DNA of 58,706 bases, filler included, from Sphacelaria rigidula (lineage: Eukaryota), in assembly GCA_964200075.2 (NCBI GenBank). It is 10 parts of 10 records of this genome, joined end to end, with 100 filler letters (N's around TTAATTAATTAA, not from the genome) between each part and the next. Parts side by side here need not be neighbours in the genome. Positions count along the whole stretch, not along the records: positions 35,287 to 41,066 come from CAXNAA020024514.1; positions 41,167 to 46,946 come from CAXNAA020024515.1; 8 more parts are not named here. One strand, given 5' to 3'. This document shows positions 36,181-46,890 of the stretch, piece after piece. The notes below the pieces were generated by a model, which was given only the letters and a program-made list of their open reading frames with translations, made no database searches and was not told the DNA's origin. The position numbers were made by a program, and so were the translations under genes. Each line of letters starts with the position of its first letter. Position 1 is the first letter of the stretch.

Positions 36181-37263
36181 GGGAAGGAGGCACAGCACGT
36201 GTCTATCAAAGCAGGTAGGCTTGAAGGCGCGCATGCCGACAGTACCACGGTAAGCGTTGGTTTTGATGCTGCAGGTATATCTGTTGGAAACGTAGAACAT
36301 GCCACGCAGCTCGAGCGGACTGCAGGCAGCTCAGCTGCTGCTGTTGTCGTTCAGGAGTGCGCTGAGCAGGAGGTTGCGGCTGTAGCGACTATGGGTAAAA
36401 CTGCTGCTGCTGTTGGCGATGTTGAGAAGGCGAGGCCTACATGGGCCAATGAGCAAGTACTGGTGGGCGGACCTCCCAGTTGCTTGTTGCCGCCGGACCA
36501 GCGCGTAGCTGGAGACACTTCTTGCACGCTCGAAGCTGCAGGGTGTTTTTCGCGTATTGCGAACGAGCAGGGTGAGCAAGGAGCTTGCCGTTCTCATAGT
36601 GAATCTATCTGTGCCAGTGATATGGCGGGAGATCGCTCAGATGATTCACAGGGGTGTCTGCTTGAAGGACAGGTGAATACCGGGTCGGCGGAATCGCCGC
36701 TAGAGCACTGCGGCGCCGTGGACACGCCTTGCGTGATCGAAACAACAGGGGCGTGTTACCCGCGTGAAGCAGGTACGCAGAGCGAGCTGCAAGCTCGTGA
36801 TGCTGTTAGCGATCACAATTCTGACGGCGACAACGAGCGTCACGTGGTATTGGAGTGTTCGTGTGCACTGCTGTTTACATGGACAGCTTTGGCGTATTTG
36901 GCGGCGATGGCGGAGGTGTCTCCACTGTTGCGCCGCGGGGTGTTTGAGGAGGATAGCACACCGCCATCTGGAGGTGTTGCTGTTGGGGACTGTGTAGCTG
37001 TTCCTATTTCGCCTCTAGTTTCCTCTGTAACACTGACTGAAGCACAGGTGTTCAGTACTGCCCAAGTATCTGTGGAGACAGGTGGCTTGTCGCATTGGTT
37101 CGGCGGTGCGGATATACCATTTAGTGGCGAGCTGAGCGGCTCCACGAGGGTGAGAGCTGTAGCTGGACTCATGGCGCGAGGAGCGAGTGTTCGAGTGGAA
37201 ACGCTGCTCTACGCTGTGCACGGGGTTGTGGTTCGAGTGCTGCTGTTGGATTTGTATGCATGA
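35962..37263 (+). CDS. 433-aa retroelement-associated ORF of unknown function, probably continuing the gag-like frame
   Basis: Longest open frame in the window, with a homologous degraded copy in scaffold 6. No recognisable catalytic motif. Confidence 0.5.
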   Translation: MSTRWDRHDSTPAERAVAGPRLKQRYRADACTVKAEKHVSARGDRHDSAPAQGAVGTVRLKQRYRAAIFTVQSGKEAQHVSIKAGRLEGAHADSTTVSVGFDAAGISVGNVEHATQLERTAGSSAAAVVVQECAEQEVAAVATMGKTAAAVGDVEKARPTWANEQVLVGGPPSCLLPPDQRVAGDTSCTLEAAGCFSRIANEQGEQGACRSHSESICASDMAGDRSDDSQGCLLEGQVNTGSAESPLEHCGAVDTPCVIETTGACYPREAGTQSELQARDAVSDHNSDGDNERHVVLECSCALLFTWTALAYLAAMAEVSPLLRRGVFEEDSTPPSGGVAVGDCVAVPISPLVSSVTLTEAQVFSTAQVSVETGGLSHWFGGADIPFSGELSGSTRVRAVAGLMARGASVRVETLLYAVHGVVVRVLLLDLYA

Positions 37264-39679
37264 CTTGAACAGCGGTTTGGGTCATTGCTTTCCTTTGATT
37301 GCCTCAATGAAATGATGGCGAGTTGAAACATTTAAGCTTTGACGGCGGAGAGGCATGCGATGCATACGTTTTCCACGGGGTTGCAGAAGCAAGAGGCCGG
37401 GTGCATTTTAGACGTGTTGGGTGCCTATTTCCTTGTAGCGTGAGGATGATGTATCATTTGACTGTTGCACTCTGGTTGCGCAGGTGTTGAACGTACAAAG
37501 AGTGCATTTTGTATATCGAGAAGTACCTTGTCTCGGATGAGAGGGATGATGAGTCACGAATGCTCTGGAATTTGACGTTTGCTGACATTTCCGGTTTCTT
37601 GTCGATGAAGAGTCAAGATAATTTTTCTGGGCGAACATTTGAGAATTTGGCTCTAGCTATCGCTTTGTAACTCGAAGTGGTGCAAGTAGCGTGATTGCAT
37701 GTTCATGACGGACAATATTTTCTTGGGATCTCCTGTGAGTTGTTCGGAAGTGGGGCAAGCTTGTACGGAGCTGTTGTCGAAAACAGCGGAAGAGATTGCT
37801 AATCTTTGCGGAAAACGACAGTACTATCAGGCACTAATGATGCCTGAGTTCGTCAAGCTCTGATGTAACTACTTGTTGGTAGTGGAGAGCTTTGGGGGTG
37901 CTGTCGACTCTAGCCACCATTGTTACCTTTATGATAAGGTCTGATTGCCGGACTCTGTGATGGGTGAGCTCCATGACGTGAGACTTGCTTTTTCCACTCT
38001 GGTGGAGAGAGGCTATGGTCCTGTTCTCCTGTACTACGCTGAGGGTTCATACGTGAATAATTTAAGCTGCTGAAGTCCATGTGCCCGTGATGGGAGGAGT
38101 CCAAATGGCGATCTGATCTTGAGTGACAGAAGTCTATAAGACGCAGTGCTCCTCGATCTGAGCTCACAGGAGGGGTGCGTACACCCAGCACCCGCTGCGT
38201 GGTATATACAAAGCTAGGACCGAGGTGTCTTGTGTCACTGCAAGAGGACGGTGTACAACCACACCTGCGCGTTGTGTGCAGTAAGCCTAGAGCCGCTTCA
38301 TAGCGCGGTGCGGAGACGATATTAAACATATTGGAGCGGTTTGTGCTTGAATCTTATATCTACCCATGAACGTGGCTAATCACTGCGGTGAATTGTACTT
38401 CAATTGCCCGTAATACTGTAAAATAAACATATCGGCACAGCGTCCACAGCTGCAGCCCAAACATCAATCTCAGTCGGTTAGCAATAATCGTTGCGCGAAC
38501 GCTGTAAACACGCAACTTCAGGTGACGTAGGATAAGCACAGCAGGCAGCGACTTAAAGCGCACACGGGATTGACCGAGTACCAGTTCGTTCCGATTCACA
38601 TTCTCAGACAGCAGAATGTGTTATCACATCCACGGTTATTAAAAGGGGCGAATCAACGAAGTTCCGCACGTGGGGACCGAAATATCACACTGACTGATGC
38701 TCCGATGGAAAAAGTGCGTTTCGGAAAACCGCAATAGGATTGTCCAGTACGTCACAGATGACAACAGTCGACACAATAGTCCCACTTTTGAAGCACCATG
38801 TTACAAACAGACGGTATAGTGGTGGCAGTTCTCAGCATTAGGCGACATGTCTCGTGGTCTCGAACAAGCATCCAGTTGAGTCATGTCATGCGCATGCAAA
38901 TGCGTGATGACTAACATATACCATCTTGACTATGCCGGAACAGGCCGTAAGTACACCATCTGTTTGTGCACTGAAAAATTATTATTATTATATTATCGTG
39001 ACCACCATATTTCGATTATGGTTCAGGGATCCGTACTGTATTGTCTCACCCTGTTCAGCAACCAACCAGCAAAAGCATAGCAAGAGGAAATACGTCCAGC
39101 ACAGTACAGTTCACATTGAACGGCAAGGACCTTAATCACAGCTCCATAAGCGATTCAGTTTCTCTTTCGTGGTGGTGGTTTCGATAGCCTCATCAATGGA
39201 TTTATATAAGCACTTAGCTCGTCGTTGTTCGTAAAGAGAGTAAAACCAAGGGTCGAGCCGGGTAATGAAACCACGGCGCGCACGGAGGCGTGTCTGTAAC
39301 CGTTACAACGGACACCACTCCCTCTCCTCTAGTTGGAATACCCGTAGGTCACATCAACTAGCCCTCCGAGCCCGTGAGTCGAATAGCTGGGCTCATCCTC
39401 GTACTACCCTCCCACCATTACGCCGCGATCCATAACCCATGGTGCTGCTCCCGAGGCTTCCTCCCCATGAACGGCTCCAGAGACTCTACGACACAAGCAG
39501 TTGTACAAACAGCTCTGTCTTTGTTAAACCCACTAGTGATCCTCGCTTGCTGTCCTCGCAACTACGATATGTTACGCATTCGATGACCATCCTCCAACCA
39601 ATCATCACAGGATCCACACTGATATCCCCGTGTTACTGTACCCCTCATGCCAGAGGTGCTGCTGTGCATGCTCTAAACT

Positions 39680-39790
39680 GTTCGTCTCTCTAACCCGAGA
39701 CAAGGCACCTTCCAACATACAAATAGCACTTTGTATGTTCAACACCTGCGAAACGAAGTGCAGCAGCCAAACAATATATCATTCATTGCT
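39680..39790 (-). repeat. Inverted diverged copy of 37450-37550
   Basis: GCAGGTGTTGAAC.TACAAAG...CCTTGTCTCGG is present on opposite strands. Confidence 0.7.
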
Positions 39791-41348
39791 TTCACTTTTC
39801 ATACGAAAATGCCGAACTTCCGAAATCAGGTTCAACCTCACGGCGATGTTGAACCCCATTGTCGGGGAGACACTGTTATTGACTGGTTTTGAGTCTCAAC
39901 TCTGCAAAATTGGGGTGTAATATATGCAAGTACGAGCATTCTTGTAGGCGAAACACGGTCTCAAGCTTTGATGATCGTTCCATGGTGTTGTCGATTACAC
40001 TGATTGGGTTCGAGTTGTTCTTGGTGTGCTTTGTTTTGCGTGAAGTATCGTAAGACGCTGAAATTCATTTTTGTCATCGATTTTGCTCAGCTAGGCTCTT
40101 AAGATCGCTCGACTTCAGGCCGCTTCGTACGATTGTGAGAAATATCTTCCAAAACGCCAGCTTCGGCAATTCAGCGCCGAATTTTGCCCGTATACAGGGC
40201 TCGGTGGGTTGCGGGTTGTGCCATCTCGGAAAGACTTGCTGTACCCTCACCGAAGGATCCCAACGTACTATCTCTATCTTGCTTTGAGTTTCTCTGAGCT
40301 TTCTGGGGAAACTTGTCGAAGTTCCAGAGTTGTGTCACAAACCACTAGTCCGGCGAACAGCCAAAGTGGATGCTTCAAACAGGGCTTCGATCCTGAAAAG
40401 TTTGTGCTAAACTTTTCTTCAGTGTGGAACTTATATCGTTACGGGCCTTTTTCCCTTCCGTTCTGATCCTGAAATGAGACAAAACACTTTCCGAAACTCT
40501 TCCATCTATCAATAACGTCAGCTGTGAAAGCCTGAAAGTCCTATCATGTGCCAAGTCCTCGCAGAAAAATATTGTAGAGTGGCAAAACTCTACAGGCTGA
40601 TTCAAATGCGTGCCAAAAATTGATTCACCACTGGATACAAAACGAAAAGCTGGCCCGTTAGAAAACATATTTGGTATCATAGCGATCCCCACGACCAAGG
40701 GAACAGTGTGACATGGCCACTTTTCTTGCGACGTTCGCCGTGGCGCTATAAGTGAAAACATTTCTCGGTCAATCAGGGGCCTTCAAATTGTTCTGAATTC
40801 ACTTATCCGGATTCTCGACTATATTCTGTACCCAATCTGTAGATGCTAGCCACCATTATTACCTAAGGATATGGACGTTATGTAAGTGGAGATGCGGATC
40901 TGATTGCCGGACTCTGTGATGGGTGAGCTCCATGATGTGAGACTTGGTTTTGCCACTCTGGTGGAGAGAGGCTATGGTCCTGTTCTACTATACTGTGCTG
41001 AGGGTTAATACATAAATGACTAAAGCTGCTGAAGTCCATGTGGTCGTGATGGGAGGAGTCCACATGNNNNNNNNNNNNNNNNNNNNNNNNNNNNNNNNNN
41101 NNNNNNNNNNTTAATTAATTAANNNNNNNNNNNNNNNNNNNNNNNNNNNNNNNNNNNNNNNNNNNNGTAGCATGAAGGGCGAGCTGCATCCTGCTAAGAT
41201 TGTTCGGCGTGAAGGCTACTGATTATCTTGCATTTGGATGACAGCCAACAATGAGTTGCTTTGTTATCTAGTATCGCCACTTCCACAGAGACAGCCATGG
41301 CTTTTACACTGCCTCACGGGTGTCTAACCACGGGGGGGGGGGTTAACC

Positions 41349-42143
41349 TGTTGGGACCGTGTCCGGGCTGCTGGTACCGGTTCTATACTAAATCCTATAT
41401 AATCAAATCAAATCAAATCAAAGCGAAATCAATGCGACCAAGCTCAACCACAAGTCACTTGGTTTCAGACTGGGTTCAATGGGGGAGAAGAGCCACTTCA
41501 CCTGCAGAGCACACCCAGGCACAAGCAGCGCAAAACAAAACAGTAGTGGCGTTCTCGGCAAGCCTTGGTTTGGTGTTGGGCTTGAAGTACGCTGTGTAAG
41601 CGAACATCAACCGCTTGATCCATTACTTGATGCAACCTGATCATGACTCGTAGCAACCCCAACAGACTGAGATGAATATTATAGAGTTCGGCATCGCAAG
41701 ACCAGAACGAGCAGAGCCAAGGATTTTCGGTCAAAGCGGCGAGACTAAGAACTGAAACCGTCAAACACGCGGTGGGAAGAACCGGGTTGGATGAGTTGGG
41801 GCAAAAGATCGAGGGGGAGGAAGGGCAGTTGCGACGAACCACAAATCCTTCACCCGTCTGTGACCGCAGCAAACACTGCAACGGCCACACTAGTGTGGCT
41901 GAGGGGGTGTAGTCGGAGGATCTGCATAATTAATTTGCGTAATCGTTTTTTTACGTGGCTGCTTGAATCATCTTGAATCGTCAAAGAACCATTGATACAT
42001 TAGTGAGGAACAACACTCTACATTGCTCACACCATTGCACACGCTCCAAGTTTATTCATGAAACACACAAAGCACACACAGGTCGTGCGCGTTGTTTCGA
42101 TAACGTGTTGCTGAGCAACTGACGCCCCACAGGCTGATCAACA
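41349..42143 (+). repeat. Possible 3' LTR
   Basis: A G-run precedes TGTTGG and the candidate end is ...TCAACA. There is no second copy to confirm it. Confidence 0.3.
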
Positions 42144-42789
42144 GGTGTCTCGCTCGAGAAAATAAAAATTCAGAGCAGGACATGCTGAGGGGGGGGGGGG
42201 CGTACTCATTTGTTGCTTGCCTCAGTCGTTTGACCATTGACCACGCATCCCTTTCGAGACGGAGCACTGAGGGTGGGGGGGGGGGGGAGTGTGGGCCCAG
42301 GAATACTTTTTTCGCCCGCCCTTGCTCATGATCACATATTTTGGGGGGGAAGGATGGGCTACATTATATCATACCCATCGCACTGTCGCCAACACACCTA
42401 CCCCATAGCGCATGGTCGCCGAGAAATCGGAGATGAACACGACCGCAGGTGAACGTGACCATAATAAACGACCCACCTCATATGCTTCTGACCTTCTTTC
42501 CTGCCATCAAACGCCCGGTCCTAAACCGCGACCTTACGCTACGTCATACATGAAAGCCAAAGATCTATTTTCAAAGTGTATTTTGGCCAATACCGTCGCA
42601 TTCGCCCCGAGATGAGGGCTACGCGGCCGTTGAGACGTCGAAAGGACTTACTTTAACCGCCTACACCATTTCCAGAACACGTTGGCGCTTTCCGTAGGTT
42701 TCTGTTTCGTTTCAGGTCATGCGCGCGTTTTCAATCGCGGTTGCCGTACAATGATCTCTTCACCGGCGGTCATTTCCATGAATGCGGGC

Positions 42790-45062
42790 GGAGGACAATC
42801 CGCCCTGCGGCGCGAATTTTTTTATTCGAAACCTCGCGGAGCGTAGCGGCACGGATTTCCGGGTGTGTGGGAAATTGGGGGTTATGACCGAGCTAACGCT
42901 CCGCCGTTGAAAATCTAACGGGTGATTGCGGAGCGGATATCCGCAAACGACATTGTCAAGCCACAGTGCGGATTTTTTTCATATTATGGTGAGGAGCGGA
43001 GCGGAACGGATATCCGTCAGTGGGACAACTCACCACTTTTCACGTAGCGAATATCTGTCCCGCTACTAATGCCCGGGTTATTGTGGAGCGGATATCCGTG
43101 GCATGGATTTATGCACGGAGCGGTCTGTCCCCCATCCGTGGAACAAACCGCACAAACCGCGGCGATTCCCCGCGGTGCGCCGCAGTCACCCGTGGAAACG
43201 ATGCCGGGTTCCGGGAGAAACGTATGGATGTCCGCGGATGAAAAAAAAGAAGCACGTGGTGTGCTGTTGTGCTTTGACTTTCAGCTGCTGGGAAGGGGGG
43301 ACTACGGATGAAGTAGCGGAGATGTAAGGTCGAATCCCTAGAGCAAAACAATTAGACATCAACGGAGAATACTGAACCAGACATATATTGGAATTCTGAA
43401 TGTCACCGTACAGGACAGGGTGACGGAGGGTGGGGGTGCAGACGCGCAGCAGTAGCAGCGCTTGACTCGGGACGGAGCCTATCCACCACAAGAAAAAGCA
43501 TAGAACACGTTACTCAAGCATGACGTCAATAGCAGCACAGTTTTTTTCAACTGAGGCCACTTCTTATTGTCTGAAAAACAAGTCTGTCTGAGAACTGCCC
43601 TTTTGAACCTTTCATCGCAGATTATTGGTGGAATACGGGCCTTGCGGATTTGGACTCCTCGAAATCATTTGCTTTAGTTTTCACGAGGATTCCACCGCGC
43701 GTGCCCGATCCTTCGTACTCCCAGCTTTACTCTTGGCCGGATTCTGGATATTTTCGGTCGCCACGAAAATCGGCCAGTTGTCGGGGAGAATACCCACTTC
43801 TTCCCGATAACTCGAAGTTTTGTTCAGGTAACGGAACATATCCAGAATCCGGCCAAGAGAAAGACTGGTAGTACGAAAGATCGGACAAGCGTATTGGAAT
43901 CGTCGTGAAAAGTAGAGCAAATCTTTTCGAGGAGGCCAAATCCGCCAAGACCCGTATTCCGCCAATAATCTGCGATGAAAGGTTCAAAGGTTCAAAAGGG
44001 CAGTTCTCAGACAGATTTTTTTTTCAGTCTATATGAAGCGGCCTGAAAAGGGAGATTTGGGTAGTGTTTCCGTAGTCGGGGATATTCGAAGAAAGTGTGG
44101 TCGCGTGCCACCGCTTATCCTACCGGCCGCCTGATCCCAAAGCTTGGGGATCTCCTACGCATCCCCTCCACATTACAACATAGCACAACACCTGCGCTCA
44201 TCATTGGTCAACAAACGGGCTGATCGGTCTTCGGGGGTCCTGAGACTGCCCAGCCCCAGGTTCTGACCCTTGAAAACGTTTCAGGGATGTGTACGGAGGA
44301 CAATCAGCTCCACCTGGCAGATTTGTTTTGGTCGAAACCTCACGGAGCGGATACCCGTCTGTGTATACAATTACGGCTTATGATGGAGTGGATATCCGCT
44401 GATGAAAATGTCACGGATTATTGCGGAGCGGGCATCCGCCAGCAAAGATGTCACGATGCGGTGCTGATTTTTCGAATATGATACGGAGCGGAGCGGATAG
44501 CCGTCAGTGGGAAAACTCACGGATTATTGCGGAGCGGATATCCGTGGCGTGGATTTCGTCACGGTGCGGTTTGCCCCCCTCCGTGGAACAAACCGCACAA
44601 ACTGCGGCAATTCCCCGCGGAGCACCGTCGCAGTAATCCGTGAAACCGATACTGTTATCCGCGAAGAAATGTATAGATACCCGCGGATGAAGACCAAAAA
44701 TACGAAATAAGTTGTTTGGCGTTGACTTCCAGGCGCTGAACAGGGGGGGCGGCGGATGATATTACGCCAATGTAAGGTCGAATCCCTGGACCAAAACATT
44801 ATCACCCCATGGAGAATAATGGACACTACACGTCTGAAGTTTCTACAGGACAGGGTGACGGGGGGCGGGGTGGGAAACGCGCAACAGCAGCAGCGCTTGA
44901 GCCGAGACCAACGCTACCCACAATAAGAAAAAGCATGGAATACATCCCTCCAGAATGACGTCAATAGTATCAGCACAGAAGCTTTCAACTGAAAATGAAT
45001 ATTTTTATTGTGTTTACGGACCCGGGGACATTCGAAAGCGTTTTCGCGTGCCACCGCTTTCC
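42790..45062 (+). repeat. Old tandem duplication (42790-44120 vs 44295-45062) containing a CGGAGCGGATATCCG-rich, possibly hAT-like element
   Basis: Colinear shared blocks GGAGGACAATC, CCGTGGAACAAACCGCACAAAC, GTAAGGTCGAATCCCT, TACAGGACAGGGTGACGG and TCGCGTGCCACCGCTT. CAGGGAT...ATCCCTG ends at 44282-44788. Confidence 0.85.
43555..44043. mobile_element. 489-bp fold-back MITE, PIF/Harbinger-like
   Basis: The whole element is an imperfect palindrome centred near 43793, with TGA|GGCC...GGCC|TGA ends. The paralogous empty site TTCAAC-TGA-AAA is at 44984-44995. Confidence 0.88.
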
Positions 45063-46347
45063 CCAGTGGACAGCTGTAATCTATACGGAGCGGTGCGGAG
45101 CCTTCCGTACCATCTTCTCACTGACCCCGTGGGTATCCCCGAGCAGTATATCAAAGTAAAGCTATGATCACATGCCAGCGATGAAGGCGGAAAAAGGCCA
45201 AAACAAGTATCGTGTTGACGACTCCAAAAGAATTATACAACCTACTTTCGTTCACCGCTCCGCCCTCATCCGCGGGACAACATGATGCCCACAGTACAGT
45301 TGCTCAAAATCAAAAGTGCGTCACCGACAAAGCAGACTTGCCCACATTCCGATACACCTTGGTTACTTACATCCGGTCTGCGAAAAACTGCCAAGGATTT
45401 GCGGCGACTTTCTGACAGATACAGTACTGCTGGTACCATATCGATAATTAAACTGAGCCAATTGCCCGCAAGTTCAGAGTGAATGTCGGCGCTGCACGCG
45501 TGTGAGATGTTCTTCACGAAAATAATCTATACTGACAGGGCGGCCACGTAACATCTCGCACACTCGTGCGCATCTGTGACACGAGCTGCAAGCAACAGCT
45601 CTCCACCCAACGGGGCAGCCTACCTGCGGCAGCCCAACCGGAGCTACAGACAGTAAAAACCAACCCTAGCACCCAACCTGAAATATGTACATCAATATAT
45701 AGGTATCCGCGATGATCGCCTTGCCCGAACACCCCTCGTGGCAACGACAGCCTCCCCCCCCCTGTACAACCTACGATCTATATATGTCAACAAGGTCGCC
45801 GCCAGGCGACCGGGAGGCGCAATCTACGTCCTACTCTACCACGTTCCAACCAAGGCGCGCCTGATAAGAGAGAGCTGGCGCATTGGATATGACACCAGCC
45901 CGGCCTGGGCAGGTGACAGAACGTGGGATTCAACAAGACAGTGCAGACATCCTGACGCACCTGGTTTCTGTATCTCTTGGCCGAAGTCGATCCTCACTTA
46001 GTCACCACGTCCCCCGTGGTGACGGCCGCGATGACGCGCCTGGTGACACCCGCAGAGGCCAACATGTCAGGCTGCCTCCTTCACCCGCGTGTCTCCCTTT
46101 ACCCCAGCGTCGAGTGCCGGGGGTGCTTCATCATGAGGGCAATGCCTCGCTCCGACGGCCTCTGCTGCGTCCTTCGCTAAGTCTCGGGCTCGATTCAGGA
46201 AGTGCGTACAGACGTGGAGAAGCTGGGAGGCGATGGCGGTCGCGCCGCCCTCAAAGAACGCATCTACCGCTACGCGCGTGGGGTATTCGTGACGGGTGCT
46301 TGCGTGTTGCGCCATGACGTCATATACCAGATAGGGCTGTGATTCGT

Positions 46348-46538
46348 GAGAGGACCGCATGCTTAGAGGATCGCGGCGTAGTTCAAAACACCTCAGGATC
46401 GACGTTTTTCGAAATCAATGGGGCCAGTCCCTGCAGGTTCTACGCCCCTGACGATAACCCCAACACTAACCCTAACACTAACCCTAACCATAAGGATGGT
46501 CAAATTCCGATGCGGTCCTCTAAGCACGCGGTCCTCTC
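46348..46538. mobile_element. 191-bp MITE with internal telomere-like repeats
   Basis: 27-bp TIR GAGAGGACCGCATGCTTAGAGGATCGC / GCGGTCCTCTAAGCACGCGGTCCTCTC (2 mismatches), with six TAACCC/TAACAC-type hexamers at 46455-46490. Confidence 0.8.
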
Positions 46539-46859
46539 TCTTACAGGGATGTGTAACCGAAGCTCAGGTGTCACTGAACACACAAGACACAGTGCGTCCA
46601 GTTTGCTCAAAAACATGCTTTTTCGTTTATGTAATTTATGGTTGATCTCAGGTGACCATAATGAGCTTTCATGCTTCACGACGAAACCAGTCTTGAAGCA
46701 GTCTTGTGGAAACGTTGCAAAAGCGCTCATTTTGACGACCGTAATTGGTCAGAATGGTCATACCGCGCCTCTCGAGCCCCTTGCACCGCCCATAATTTTC
46801 CGCGGGAAACTTACAAACACGCATGGTTGACTCCGTGGGCTTCGGCGGTGCTCTGAGTA

Positions 46860-46890
<31 letters not shown>

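Noticed and set aside
39140..39205. Minimal hammerhead on the minus strand (TTGATGAGGCTATCGAAAC)
   Set aside because: The core C is missing and stem III does not pair.
44282..44788. Confirmed hAT element
   Set aside because: Only 7-bp CAGGGAT ends and no 8-bp TSD, so it is kept as part of the tandem repeat.
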